From NCBI RefSeq assembly GCF_963921235.1, contig NC_086108.1, positions 86,678,001 through 86,742,000 on the forward strand: a stretch of 64,000 bases of DNA. The letters run 5' to 3'. Origin of the DNA: Mobula hypostoma. Taxonomy: Eukaryota. Both the position numbers and the translations under genes were made by a program. Shown here piece by piece: positions 12,687-25,600 of this stretch (the stretch's first letter is position 1; every line of letters starts with the position of its first letter). The notes below the pieces were generated by a model, which was given only the letters and a program-made list of their open reading frames with translations, ran no database searches and was not told the DNA's origin.

Positions 12687-13588
12687 ATGACAGCAAGTGA
12701 CCTGCTTCTCCACATTAATGGCAGCAACCTTGATTCCGATGCTGGAACTTCTCATTGGCAGAGATTCTTATGCGACCAGTTTGCATGGCTTGACAGGATC
12801 CTGAGCAGGAGAGGCTGATCATTTCTGAGATCAGAGTGGAACTACGATGTGTTGAGTTGGGGCTTGGGCTAGCCCTCTTTGATTTCTTGATGTAGTCCCA
12901 CTTGCACTCTGCCAGACAATTATCAAGATGAATGGATTGATTGATCAGAACCTCTAAATCCTCAACCGGTTCTCCCAAGGCGAGGAAATCCTTCAGTTCA
13001 TCGTGGAGTCCGTGTCAATACAGCATCAAGGCCTTCCTGTTCCAGCTACTCTCTTGGGCCAAGGTCCGAAATTCAATCATGTAATCAGCTGCTGATCTTC
13101 TACCCTATCGAATCTTCATCAGGCGGTCTGAGGCTTGGCCGGCTCTGGTGGAGTGGTGGAACATCTTCCTCATGGCAAACACAAATTCCTCCAAATCCTA
13201 GCAAACCCTTGACCTGTGCTGTCAATGCGCAGTGGCCCAGGCCAGGACTCTCCCAGTCAGAAGAGAGACAATGAAGGCCACCTTTCTGCACTTGGAAGGG
13301 AACCAGGACGGCTGGAGTTCAAACACTAATGAACACTGGATGAGGGAGCCTTGGCAAGAACCCAGGCCACTGTCGAACTCTCCGGGGTTGGAAGATGGAC
13401 TGGCTCCACTGAGTGACTGACAGCCTCAACTGAGTGATTTTGGCTTCCTCCCTGCAATAGTTGGCACATGGTGACCTGAGGTTGTGTATCTCCAGGCTCT
13501 GTCTTGAAATTTTCTTGTTATGACTGGCCACAGCTGACAGAAGATTCTGATATCCTGCTGGGTCCATGTTTGTTCAATCATACTGTAC
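12687..13588 (-). mobile_element. Decayed Sushi/Tf1-type gag, right half of the split element
   Basis: MDPAGYQNLLSAVASH..., RQWPGFL (CRGFL-like), DYMIEFRTLA-like motif, EPMQTGR, zinc-knuckle relic CH*CGEAGH; 5' LTR absent. Confidence 0.8.
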
Positions 13589-13589
13589 T

Positions 13590-14370
13590 GAGAGTCCTTG
13601 ACAACTTCCAACATTTCCAATGGGATCCCACACCAAGCACATCTTTCCCTCTCTCCCACTTTCTGCTTTCTGCAGGGTTTGCTCCCTACACGACTTCCTT
13701 GTCCATTCATCCCTCCACACTGATCTCTCTCCTGGCACTTATCCTTGCAAGCAGAACAAGTGCTACACCTGCCCCCCCCTCCCTCACTACCATCCAGGGC
13801 CCTAAACAATCCTTCCAGCTGAGGTGACACTTCACCTGTGAGTCTGTTGGGGTCATATGCTGTACCTGGTGTTCCTGGTGTGGCTTCCTGTATAGCGGTG
13901 AGATCTGGCATAGATTGGGAGATCGCTTCACCACTATATTCCATCTGATAGCCTCCAACCTGAAGGCATGGACATCAATTTCTCAAACTTCCAGTAATGC
14001 CCACCCATCCCTTCACCATTCCCCATTCCCATTTCTCACTCTCACCTTATCTCCTTACCTGATCATCATCTCCCTCTGGTGCTCCTCCCCCTTTTCTTTC
14101 TTCCATGGTTAACTGTCCTTTCCTATCAGATCCCCCTTCTCCAGCCCTGTATCTCTTTCGCCAATCTACTTCCTAGCTCTCAACTTCAACCCTCACCCCT
14201 CACAGTTTTACCTATCACCTTGTGTTTTTTTCCTCTCCCCCCCACCCCCCAACCTTCTTTTTCTGACTCCTCATCTTTTTTCTCCGGTCCTGAAACGTTG
14301 GCTATAACTCTTTCCATAGATGCTGTCTGGGCTGCTGAGTTCCTCCAGCATTTTGTGCATGTTGCTTGGA
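13590..14370 (+). mobile_element. Penelope-like element 3' part (GIY-YIG relic + terminus)
   Basis: FTCESVGVICCTWCSWCGFLYSGEIWHRLGDRF (GIY-YIG VIYC..C..C.LLYIGET pattern); terminus gatgctgtctgggctgctgagttcctccagcattttgtg. Confidence 0.85.
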
Positions 14371-14935
14371 TAGAGAAGCATTGATGTTTAATGAGGAAAG
14401 AGTCCTGGTTTTAGAAAGAGTTGCTAATTTGGGACATGCAAGAAGTCAGAAGTAGGAAGAGCAGTTATCACTGAATACGTCGCAGTGGATGATCTTGCAG
14501 AGGTTGGGAGGACAGAACTAAGTATGAGCATTATAAAACTGAGGCAAGGCTCAGAGGGCAGGCAACCTCAGTACTTGTACTTGTTGCTGGTTAATGTATA
14601 GGAGGCAAACTTTTCAGAATCAGAATCAGATTAATTATCACCAGCATGTGTCGTAAAATGTGTTAATTTTCAGAGTTAGGCTTGTGGGAGATGAAGACTT
14701 ACCAGAAAAGTCAAAGCAAAGATATGTATAAAGATTTCATCAGCGGTTGGGCTGAAGAAGGACAGATTGAGGGTTATAGAGGTGGAAGTTAATAATGGAG
14801 AAGGTATGTGGTCAGCAGCTCATCCAGGGCACAAGCCTTTATAATCCAAGACTAATTGCACTTTTAAAGGACTACTTTGGCTATATAGTGTTTTCAGGAC
14901 TCATGGAATTGCAAAATAAACTATATGAAAAGAAG

Positions 14936-15151
14936 CAGAAGAGATTCTGCAAATGCTGAAAATGTTGAGCAACACAGACAAAATGCTGGAAGAACTCAGC
15001 AAGTCAGGCAACATCTATGCAGGTGAATAAATAGACAACATTCCAGGTCAAGTCCCTAATGAAGTCCTGAAGAAGAGTCTCAGCCCAAAACATTGACTAT
15101 TCCCCTCCACAGATGCTGTCTAACATGTTGATTTCCTCCAGCATTCTGTGC
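14936..15151. mobile_element. Fold-back element of two inverted Penelope termini with 15-bp imperfect TSD
   Basis: Arms are reverse complements. Flanks ctatatgaaaagaag (14921-14935) and ctatgtgaaaaggag (15152-15166). Confidence 0.75.
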
Positions 15152-15499
15152 CTATGTGAAAAGGAGTCTTTATTTCTTATATTTTCAGTAATGTTGTGAA
15201 GACTGCTTAAACACACTTACCTAAGGCAGTATATTGAGTAGGACAGCATAAAAACAAAAAGAGCCATTGTGTAATGATCTAAAAATGGTAATGCTGAATT
15301 GGCCGCCCACTTTATGTCCAATAAAATCAATCAACCATTTTACACTATCACAAAAATTCAAAATGGCCACAAATTATTGTGTTGGTAATAAAGTGTTATG
15401 TTTGTCAGTAATTTAGGATTTGTGGTGTATGAAACAGATCCATTTTAATCGCCCTGCCTACTCTAGAGCAGTTTCCACTTACAAAGAGATGTGATTCTG

Positions 15500-15705
15500 T
15501 ATAAGAAAGAACAATTTGCATTAATATAAACTCCTCTCACAACGGTAAACTGAGCCACTAAAGTAATCTTGAAGCTTAAATGCTGCAATAAAGTCAAAAT
15601 GTGGTAGCCATTTGTGCACAACAAGATCCTACAAACAATAGGTCCTTGCTGTACAAGTTATGTTGTTTGTGTGTGGGTTGGAGAAAGAAAAGATTAGTCA
15701 TAGTG
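15500..15705 (-). mobile_element. Ancient Deu-domain-type SINE relic
   Basis: aagaaagaacaatttgcatt...gtggtagccatttgtgcacaacaagatcctacaaaca resembles the reverse complement of Deu-domain SINE 3' parts. Confidence 0.45.
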
Positions 15706-16234
15706 TGACAGGTTTTCTATCCCACTACCATTACCTACACCATGAGATGGCCAAAAGCTCCAGTGAGGTCAATGACATCTGTTGTGACGAACTAAAACTG
15801 AGCCACATGGAAGCGGTAAGGATCTTCATTTACAATGCAAACCTTCAAAAGAGAGAGTCTAAGAGAATTTCGCTCTCTGAATGAATTTTTTTATATATTT
15901 TAAAGCACAAAGATAACAATAAACAATTAGCTGCAGTTTCAATGGCTATAATCTCCTTTGAATATAATCAGGCAACTTTACAGAATTATATATTTACAAT
16001 GGTAGCACATCTTAATTAACAGTGCTCATTTGAATATTTATTATTGCCGTCTGATCTAAAACCTCTCAGCACAAATTTCTGACTTTCCAAATATACTACT
16101 TTTGCTTCAATGCTGAAGGATGACCCCGTGACTAAACTATTAGCCAGAGTATTAATTAACAAATCAGACTTGTCCTGAACTGCACACTAAGTGGCAGGGA
16201 TTAACTTTTAACCATGTGCTTATACAGGAGGTGG

Positions 16235-16540
16235 TTACCTGCCTATCATCACTCCTGGTGCTTCTACTCCTTCCCCTTCCCCCATCTGTTGCATTCTTCC
16301 TCTATAACATTCCTTCTTCTTCAGCTATTTACCTTTTCCTCCTATCTCCTCCTGGCTTCTTACATTTCTGTGCCCCCCCCCCCGCTGCACCCCCAACTGG
16401 CTTCCACTTATCACCTTCTATTTTGTACCCCTTCCCTTTCTCCCACCTTCTTACTCTGACCTTTTTCCCCCTTCCTTTCCAGTCCTGATGAAGGATCTCG
16501 GCCCAAAACATTGACTCTTTATTCATTTCCATAGATGCTC
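16235..16540 (+). mobile_element. Penelope terminus fragment
   Basis: Pyrimidine-rich UTR then cagtcctgatgaaggatctcggcccaaaacattgactc...catagatgct. Confidence 0.75.
16480..16516 (+). ncRNA. Near-consensus minimal hammerhead ribozyme motif
   Basis: CAGTC-CTGATGA-AGGATCTCGGCCC-AAAA-CATT-GACT; most differences from the reconstructed consensus are CpG-type transitions. Confidence 0.6.
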
Positions 16541-16554
16541 TGGGATATCCAACA

Positions 16555-17260
16555 TTTCAAAGTTCAAAGTACATTTATTATGTAAGTATGCATACTACAT
16601 ACAAACTTGAGATTAATTTCTTTGCAGGCATCCACAAAAAGACAGTTGAACCCATTAACAAAGAACATCAAAGACCCAATGTGCAAAAAGAGAACAAATT
16701 GTGCAAACAATAAAAAATAAGCAAATAATATTCAGAACTAAAGTTCACAGCAATGAAACCCGCCAACTGACCTGTACCTACCTCCAGCCCCAACACCCTG
16801 ACCTTTGAAATCTGGCCCAACATGTCCAGGAACTTGAAGCAGCTCACCCTTTCCATTGCTGATCCTTTCATGAGTTGTCTCCTGACTTCACCTTCTGGAA
16901 CTCCATGATTAATTCCTTGGAATTAATGATGTTGAGTGCAAGTTTGTTGTTGTAACATCACTCAGCAAGCCAACCTATCTTTCTCATGTATGCCTCCTTG
17001 TCACCAACTGAGATTCTGCCAGCAACATTTCTGTCATTGGTGAATTTATCAATGCCATTTGAACTCTGTCTAGTCGCACAGTCATGAGTGTAGAGAGAGT
17101 AGAGCAGTGGGCTAAGCATACATCCTTGAGGTGCACCTGTGGTTGTGAATGAGGAGAAGGTGTTATTTCTGATCCACACTGACAGTAGTCTCCGGATGAA
17201 GAATTTTAGGATACAGTTGCAGAGTGAGGAATAGAGGCAGGAAAGGTTCTGGACAATCCC
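16555..17260 (-). mobile_element. Rex1/Babar-type LINE fragment (RT + 3' tail)
   Basis: TTGAPQGCMLSPLLYSLYTHDC...KFTND; ERVSCFKFL; repeated TTTGAAC-type tail shared with 61615-61760 and 63330-63530. Confidence 0.75.
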
Positions 17261-17820
17261 TGAGGAGTTCAGCCAATCAGGAAGCATCTATGGAGGGAAA
17301 TGGACAGATGACATTTTGGATTGTAACCAATCAATAGGACTGAAAGGCAGAGGGGAGATAGCCAGCATAATAAAAGTTGAGGGGAAGGGTTGGCTGGCAA
17401 ATAATAGGTGGATTGGGGTGAGGGGGAGTGTTTGACAGATGGAGGAGGGAAGAGTGGAAAATGCAGCGAAGGCTGGGAGGTAATAGGTGGATGCAACAAA
17501 GAGCTGAAGATGATGCAATCTAATATGAAAGAAAGGTGGAGCATGAAATCAGAGCGAAGAGTGTGATGGGCAGATGGGAGCAGTAACGGTCAGAGACCCA
17601 ATGGAGGGAGTGTGCGAGTGATTAGTAGATGAAATATATGCAGAAGAGAAAGAAACAGAGTGACGGAGGCTTGGGCAGGTGTAAGAGGAACTGGGTGGAT
17701 AATGAGAAGGGTTGGGGTAGTGGGGGTGGTAGGGGTACAGTTTACCTGAATTAAAGAATTTAGTGTCCGTGCCATTGAGTTACAGACTAGCCAGGCAGAA
17801 TATGAACTGTTGACCCACAG
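17261..17820 (-). mobile_element. Old Penelope terminus fragment
   Basis: gaggagttcagccaatcaggaagcatctatggagggaaatggacagatgacatttt... followed by the purine-rich UTR. Confidence 0.6.
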
Positions 17821-18199
17821 TTGGTTTACCTGCCTAGTGCATCCAGTCTGTTGCTCCATGAGACCATACCTGATGTTAGCACAGTCAGCTCCATTCATAA
17901 TGAGTGGGAGATATTGGCTGCTAGGACAAAGGCAAGTTGTTATTGTTTGATTATTATTTTCATCTAGCTAGTTGCTATTGATTTTAGTGTATTAACGTTA
18001 TGTTAACATCTTTATTTTTCACAGTTATTTATTGGTGGGCCTAAGCATTAGTGTCTTTGACTGTAAAGACTCCCATCTGAGTGCAGCCAGCCGCCTGCAT
18101 TGTGACAGCTCCTTCACTGCCTTCGTCCACTTAGGGGAGCTGGGAATGGGATCCCAGAGGAAAATTGCACCTTGGGCCAGACTTCTCATAGGATAGGCC

Positions 18200-18420
18200 A
18201 CCAGCAATTATGGAGCAATGGAAGATCTGCCTCGATGTAGTGGGACTTTTCACATGCATCCAAAGGGCAGATGGGACCAGGCCCATCCAGGAAACTGCCC
18301 ATCTCATAGCACAGTCTTCCCTCAGTACAATGCTGTAGTGTTTGTCCCTTGGATTTTTGGGATTGGCACTTGTCACCACATGTTTCTGACGCAGAGGCAT
18401 GACTCACAGCACAGTGTGGA
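18200..18420 (-). mobile_element. Ancient tRNA-headed (Deu/SacSINE-like) SINE relic
   Basis: gcacagtcttccctcagtacaatgctgtagtg...ggcacttgtcaccacatgtttctgacgcagaggc resembles the reverse complement of this SINE head; similar to 41870-42135. Confidence 0.45.
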
Positions 18421-20687
18421 CTTGGCATCCACCATCAGACAGATTTGCAACATTTCAAATGGTGTTACTGGTGTGTGATACTCCACTGGTCTTGGATTTC
18501 GATAAAATGCATTTATTTTGTAGCTGATGCTATAAAGCTTCATATCAACGTGGCTTTGATAGAAGCTAAATGGCCTGCCAAAAGCTGAGAGGCCTCTATC
18601 CCACTTTGGTATTTTGCTAGAATGAATAAATTGCTTTGCAAAATCCAAAAGATTTTATAGTTGAATTGAAAAGCTGCTGTAAATGATTCTTAAGTGATTA
18701 GTATGCAGTAATATTAGTCTAATCATACTGTTACCTCAGGTTACCTTTTATGAAATTTGAGCACATAACTACATAAGTTGACCCAACTATAGTAAAATGA
18801 TTAATTGCAATATGGTGAAGTTTAGAAGGAATATTTATTTTTCAGCAAGCTAGTGTAATAATTTGTTTAGTCTTTAAGAAACAGAGAGATGACAGTAATT
18901 GATTAGGGAATAGAGCATCAGTGTGTGGCTCATGACATCATCATTTATTATACTTGCAAGTTAGTTGGCCACCTTTCCATTGTGGGTCCCCACTCTATCT
19001 AACCATGGATGTTAGCGTTAGCCACAGTCTAGAGAGCAACAATGCCACACTTTGTACCATCTGTTCAAGCCACTGATGCAGAATAAAATTATCAGGGTAA
19101 ATGCCAAAAACTAAGTAGATTATGAGCCCTGTCTTTCTCCAGGGAATAAATAGAAGGATAAATAATCTTGAGTTATTCATTTGGAACTGAGTTCTGTCAG
19201 TGCACTGATGATTTTTTTTAGTATGAAGCTAAAGCAGCTTGATAATGCCCAGTGCTTGTTTGAGCCCACATGTGTTGAAAGGACCTGTCTAGAGCAGAAT
19301 TCACCTGGCTGTATACCAAAAGAGTCATTGAGGAAAAAGGACAGAATAGGTGTAGAGGCATATGAAACCACCTGGGGCAATGTGGAAGACAGCAAAAATT
19401 TTACCCCAAGAAATTTAATAAATACCAAGAGTGATTTTCTTTGAAACACTCTTGTGCATAGAACACAAATATTAGAAACAGAATACTTGCTGGAAATACT
19501 CCATTCTTTGGAGAAGGATACTGACACTGTTTAATTAGAATGAATTTTCAAGAGAAATTATTTATACTTGTTCCAAATTTTCAAAACCTTCTACAGGAAG
19601 AAGAGTGTGCAAAACTAAAGGTTTTATCAAAAATATTGTGGCAGTGTATCACTAAATGTGTGATGGTAGCAGGTTTCCTGACCACAAAGTTCTAAACCTT
19701 GATGAAGACCTAATGCCCTATCGGATATAAATAGTCATGAGTACTCACTGAAGGGAGATTATACTCTAAATACCCAATCTTCAAAGACTACTTTACTTCC
19801 TAGTTTATTCTCCATGGTGAGTTTAGCTGCCAATAACCACTAGTCAAATGATGGGTCCCCTCTCCCTACCAAGGCAAAAGTAGTTATTTTAAACTAACAA
19901 ATTAGTTTAAAGCACAGTCAATTTATTTTCAGTGATACACATTTAAATCCTAACAACATTCTTAAAACATTAAAAACTCAGAGAGGATTTCTATCTTAAA
20001 CATTCCTAAATTACAAACCATTTCTAGTACACAAGACATAAAGGATTTCCAAAACACAGGTACAAGCTAAAAAGACATACCAAAGATGCAGTTTGTTCTT
20101 CGCAGAACTTGTAGTGAGAGGAAATGGGTTCTAGTTCACCCTGTGTTTCATGAATAGCTAGTTCTCAGCTAATGTTGTAAAGCTAACTTCCTGGAGTACA
20201 TAAAACTCCCAACTATAAACACATCAGTTATTGATATGCTAAATGATGCTATCCATTTGATCTGCAAACTTCCTTGAACTAAGCAACTTAGAGTCAGTTT
20301 GTCTATTTTAAAACAAGCCAAATTGAAAACACTATTGTCTTATACTGCACCTCTGAGCAGAAATAAAGCAAGTACAGTGAGCTAGCATCTGCTTCTACAG
20401 ATGGGCTATCTCTTATATACAGAGCTCATTTGTAAAACTTTGTTTTTTTAACTTCAAGCTGATCACTGCTTTTCATTTATATTTTAAGAACTAATGACTC
20501 TCACTTATGACAGAAGTTAAACAGTGCAATATTAGTTGGAACTTTACTTACAATACATTTGTTTGTGATCTTATAAGTGGCAGCTACTGTGTTTATAAAG
20601 CAAGCTTTGCAAATCACCAAGCAGCCCATTGGCGAAGAGGAAATGTCCATAACAATTGTAATTTTTTGGATTTTGTGGATTCCATAT

Positions 20688-20920
20688 TATGGTAACTTCT
20701 ACTTTGAAAAAGGCACACTCGACAATTTCATGCAAAAGAAACAACTTTATCTCAAACTTCAAAACGTTACGTATATATAGAGGGTTTCACAACCCATACG
20801 GCATGGCGGGGACAGTATGTGCCGAGGGCCTCCAGAAGAACAAAAATGGAAGTAGAACCCCGCCCCCACCAATATCCTAATTAGTATTAACTTACTTTTA
20901 ATTATGCTCACATTACAACA
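20688..20920 (-). repeat. 3' LTR of the Mag-type element
   Basis: About 90% identical to 28145-28378 (by eye); begins TGTTGTAATG on minus. Confidence 0.9.
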
Positions 20921-20930
20921 CTTCTCCCCC
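20921..20930 (-). promoter_or_regulatory. Polypurine tract of the Mag-type element
   Basis: Minus strand GGGGGAGAAG immediately before the 3' LTR. Confidence 0.8.
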
Positions 20931-21305
20931 TTTAAAATCCAGCATTTTCACTCATTACCCTGTCCATTTAAACCCTACCTTGACTAGAATTCTCTGCCAG
21001 TTTGTCCCAGTTCTGACCTGTGTTGTTCTAGCCTGTCATTGTGACTTCTGCCAATCGATTTTGCCTGATTCTGTGTTTTGGATTTTGCCCGTTCTTGGTC
21101 CTGATTTTTGCCTGTGCGCTCTGGATTGTCTGCCCTCGCCTGACTGCCTTTCCTGGTAAGACTTCTGGCTGCCATTTTGGATTCGTGCCTGTCTTCTGTT
21201 TTTGAAAGACTGTTGCCTTTGTGCTCCTTAATATATCCTGGTGAAAAAGTATTTATTAGTCTGCACTTGAGTCCCACTGAAACCCCACAGAACAAACTGG
21301 CCAAG

Positions 21306-22274
21306 ATGGACTCAGCGGACCCCAACCAGGTGCGTGAGGCCCTCTCCCGACAGGGCGTGTTGTTAGGGAGACATGAAACGCAGTTCGCCGCTATCAACCA
21401 GTCGATGGAAGCCTTCTCCGCCACTCTGACCAGCATAGCCTACCAGCTACAGCAGATTCAGCTGGCGCTGAGCTCTAACCAGTCTTCTCTTGCTGTGCCA
21501 TCAGCCCCACAGGCTCCAACCCAACCACCCCGAGAGCCCCGTTTACCTCCACCTGAACTTTACAATGGCGAACCAGGCATCTGCAGATCCTTCCTGTCTC
21601 AATGCTCGCTGATTTTTGAGCTGCAGCCCACTACCTTTCCCACTGATCAATCCTGTATTGCTTATGTTATCACCCTGCTGTCAGGAAGAGCAAGAGAGTG
21701 GGGTATGGCTGTGTGGGACAGCAGAGCCTCTTTTTGCCATACGTTTAAGGACTTTTGTGAGGAGATGAGAAGAGTCTTTGACCGTTCCCAGCAGGGGCGA
21801 GAGGCAGCAAGGGAGATGTTGCGAGTTCGTCAGGGTAACCATTCTGTTTCGGACTACGCCATTCAGTTCCGCACACTAGCCGCCACTACCAATGGGGATG
21901 TGTTCCTCTATGGGCTTAGCAAAGAGGTTAAAGATGAACTAACCACCAGCAACCAGCCTGCTGGCTTCCAAGAGCTGGTCGATTTGGCCATTAAGATTGA
22001 CAGCCGCATAAAACAGCGTCAGCAGGATAGTGATGTCCAGGGGTCATGAAGAACCACCAGGGGGTGTCTGACCTCTTCCCAGCCAGCAGCCAGATCTCCT
22101 TCCCCGAGTCCTCAGTCACCTCCATCCAGCCCAATGGAGCTCATGCAGATTGATCGTACCCGTCTGTCTCCTTCGGAAAGAAGGAGGAGAGTCAGTACCA
22201 ACTCCTGTCTGTATTGTGGTCAGGCTGGTCACTATGTATCTACCTGTCCCGTAGAAGCCAACGCTCACTCGTAA
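21306..22274 (+). pseudogene. gag: Sushi-type gag (family related to PEG10/RTL1) with premature stop at 22047-22049
   Basis: MDSAD...PPELYNGEPGICRSFLSQC...IAYVITLLSGRAREW...RQGNHSVSDYAIQFRTLA; downstream MQIDRTRLS and zinc knuckle [14 protein letters not shown]. Confidence 0.9.
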
Positions 22275-25200
22275 AGAGGGGACTACGGGCGAGCGGTACT
22301 TCCTTCTCCCGGTTCCCCGTCACTCGAACCCTGCTATCTGCTTTTATACTGGTTGAAGGGAGGAGACGCACCGTTTCAGATTTTACCAACTCTGGGGCTG
22401 AGGGAAACTTTATCAGTTCCAGCTTTACGGCCAGTCTCGGGATGCCACTCTCCCATCTGAAGCAACCCCTGGAGGCCAGCGGCTTAACCGGAGTGAAACT
22501 TGCCATGGTTACCCACTCTACAGGTCCGGTGAGTCTCCTCATTCCTGGCAATCACCAGGAGAGCATGGCTTTCCATGTGATAGATTCCCCCAAGGCTGAC
22601 GTTGTGTTAAGCCACCCGTGGCTAGTTCAGCCCGGTCCACACATTGACTGGTCTAATAACAGAGTGTTAAGCTGGAGTCCTTTCTGCCTAAATCATTGTC
22701 TGCATGTTGCTCATGCTACTCAAAGTCCAGTTCCTCTGCCTACAGAAGAGTTTCCTGATCTGTCCTCTGTACCCCCTGAATATCTGGACCTAAATCTGGT
22801 ATTCAGCAAGACTCGGGCCACCACCTTACCCCCACATCGCCCCTATGACTGCGCTATAGATCTCCTTCCGGGAACCTCGCCACCGAGGGGCCGCCTGTAT
22901 TTCCTGTCTCCACCTGAAAAGGAAGCGATGGACGAGTACATCCAGGAGGCCTTGGCTGCAGGAATTATCCGTCCCTCTTCCTCCCCAGCAGGCCCAGGGT
23001 TCTTCTTTGTAGCCAAGAAGGACGGGTCCCTGCGTCCTTGCGTGGACTATAGAAGTCTCAGTGAGGTCACCATTAAGAACCGCTATCCTCTTCCTCTTAT
23101 GTCATCTGCATTTGAATTGCTCCAGGGTGCTTCTATCTTCTCCAAGCTCAACCTCCGCAACGCTTACCATCTGGTCCGCATAAGAGAGGGGGATGAGTGG
23201 AAGACCGCGTTCAATACGCTATCTGGGCACTACGAATATTTGATAATGGCTGTCGGACTTTCTAATAGTCCTGCTGCGTTCCAGTCCCTGGTGAATGATG
23301 TCCTCAGAGATATGCTGAATCAATTTGTATTTGTGTACTTAGATGACATTCTGAGATTTTCTAGGTCCCTCTCTGAACACATCCAGCAAGTCCGTCGGGT
23401 GCTCCAATGACTTCTGGAGAACCAGTTATTTGTGAAGGTGGAAAAGTGTGAATTTCACTGGAGTTCAACTTCGTTTCTGGGATATGTGATCAGCGCTGGA
23501 GGAATCCAGATGGACCCTCAGAAGATCAAGGAGGTATAGAAGTGGCCACAACCCACCTCTTGACGAGATGTCCAACGCTTTCTTGGGTTTGCCAACGTCT
23601 ATCACCAATTCATTTGAAATTTCAGCATCCTGGCCGCCCCACTGACTGCTCTAACCTCCTCCAAGTCGAAGATCGCCTGGAATCCAGCGGTTGAAAAAGC
23701 CTTTTCTGATCTAAACACTCGTTTCACCATGGCACCTATCCTCCTTCAGCCCAATCCTACAAGGCAGTTTATTGTAGAGACTGACGCCTCTGATGTAGGA
23801 GTAGGGGCTATACTGTCACAGCGTTCAGCAGAGGACGACAAGCTACACCCGAGTGCCTTTTTTCCCCACAAATTTTCGCCTGCAGAATGCAACTATGACA
23901 TTGGCAATCGAGAGTTATTGGCTGTTAACCTTGCTCTTGAGGAATGGCGGCATTGGCTTGAGGGAACGACTACTCCTTTTCTAGTCTGGATGGATCACAA
24001 GAACCTGGAATATATCCGTTCAGCCAAACGCCTTAACTCCCGCCAGGCCCGGTGGTCCCTGTTTTTTTGCCCATTTTAGGTTCACCCTGGCCTAGCGTCC
24101 TGGCTCTAAGAACAGCAAGCCTGACGCGCTCTCCAGGCAGTTTTCAACAACTGACGAGGCGCCCGAGGTTACGACCATTCTCCCCAAGCAATGTCTGGTC
24201 GCCACAGCACAGTGGGAGATTGAATCTGTGCTCCAGTCTGCCCAGCAGGGTGAGTCTATTCCCAGTGCCTGTCCTGCTAATCTATTGTGTGTTCCCCCGT
24301 CTGTCCGCTCCCAGGTTCTCCAGTGGGGACACACCGCCAGGCTGGCATGTCACCCTGGCATCAGACGCACGACGGCTTTCATCAGTTGAAGATTTTGGTG
24401 GCCATCCCTGAGGAAGGATGTTGAGAGCTTCATTTCTGTCTGCCCAGTCTGTGCACAGAACAAGACCTCCAGACAGCCACCAACTGGTCTCCTGCAACCC
24501 CTGCCTGTTCCTAGAAGGCCCTGGTCATACATTGCACTGGACTTTGTCACCGGACTCCCTCCGTCCGACGGTAACACTACCGTTCTTACCATAGTGGATC
24601 GTTTTTCCAAATTGGTCCACTTATTTCCCCTTCCCAAGCTGCCCTCTGCCAAGGAGACTGCCAACCTGGTGATTCACCATGTTTTCCATATTCACCATCT
24701 CCCCGTTGAAGTGTATCTGATAGAGGTTCACAATTTACCTCCCATTTTTGGAGGGCCTTTTGCAAACTACTTGGGATCAGGGTTAAACTCTCATCTGGGT
24801 TTCATCCACAGTATAATGGCCAGACCGAGTGGGCTAATCAGCAGGTGGAGGTGATGCTCCATTGTGTGACGTCTCAGGAATCTTCCTCTTGGAGTCAGCA
24901 ACTTCCATGGGTCAAGTACGCCATTAATTCTTTGCCCTCTGCTTCATCAGGTTTATCACCATTCCAGTGCTGTCTTGGCTATCAACCCCCCTTATTCGCA
25001 TCTCAGGAAGAGGAAATGGGCGTTCCCTCAGCCAGAGCATTTGTCCAGAGGTGTTCACGGACCTGGAGACGAGCCCGAAAGGCTCTGCTTCAATCTACAG
25101 CCAGAATGAAGCAGCAAGCAGACCGTCACCGCATCGAGGCCCCCCGTTACCGCCAGGGTCAGAAGGTGTGGTTATCTTCGCATGACATCGCATTGAAGGT

Positions 25201-25600
25201 GGACTCACGCAAGCAGGCGCCACGCTACATTGGACCTTTCCCTATCACCAAGGTGATCAGCCCTTCGACGGTATGTCTAAAACTACCCCCTACCCTTCGC
25301 AGAATCTGTCCTACCCACGTTTCAAGGATTAAGCCCTTTATCTGCAGCCCCCTCTGTCCCACCCCAAGCCTCCTCCCCTTCTCCGTCTCATCGATGGCTC
25401 AGAGACCTTCACTGTGTGCCGATTACTGAACGTTCGATGCAGAGGTCGTGGACTGCAATACCTTGTTGATTGGGAGGGCTATGGACCCGAAGAGAGGTGT
25501 TGGGTTCCCGCTCGAGATATCCTGGATCCCTCTCTCCTTAAGGACTTTCATAGGAGCCATCCTGTACCAGCAAGAAGGGCGTCTGGAGACGCCTGTGGTG
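22250..25600 (+). pseudogene. pol: Sushi-type pol (protease, RT, RNase H, integrase, chromodomain), disrupted
   Basis: Mutated protease site [58 protein letters not shown]; chromodomain [19 protein letters not shown]; several stops and frameshifts. Confidence 0.9.

Noticed and set aside
19636..20510. Possible ancient solo LTR (TG...CA)
   Set aside because: No TSD, no partner LTR and no internal domains recognised.
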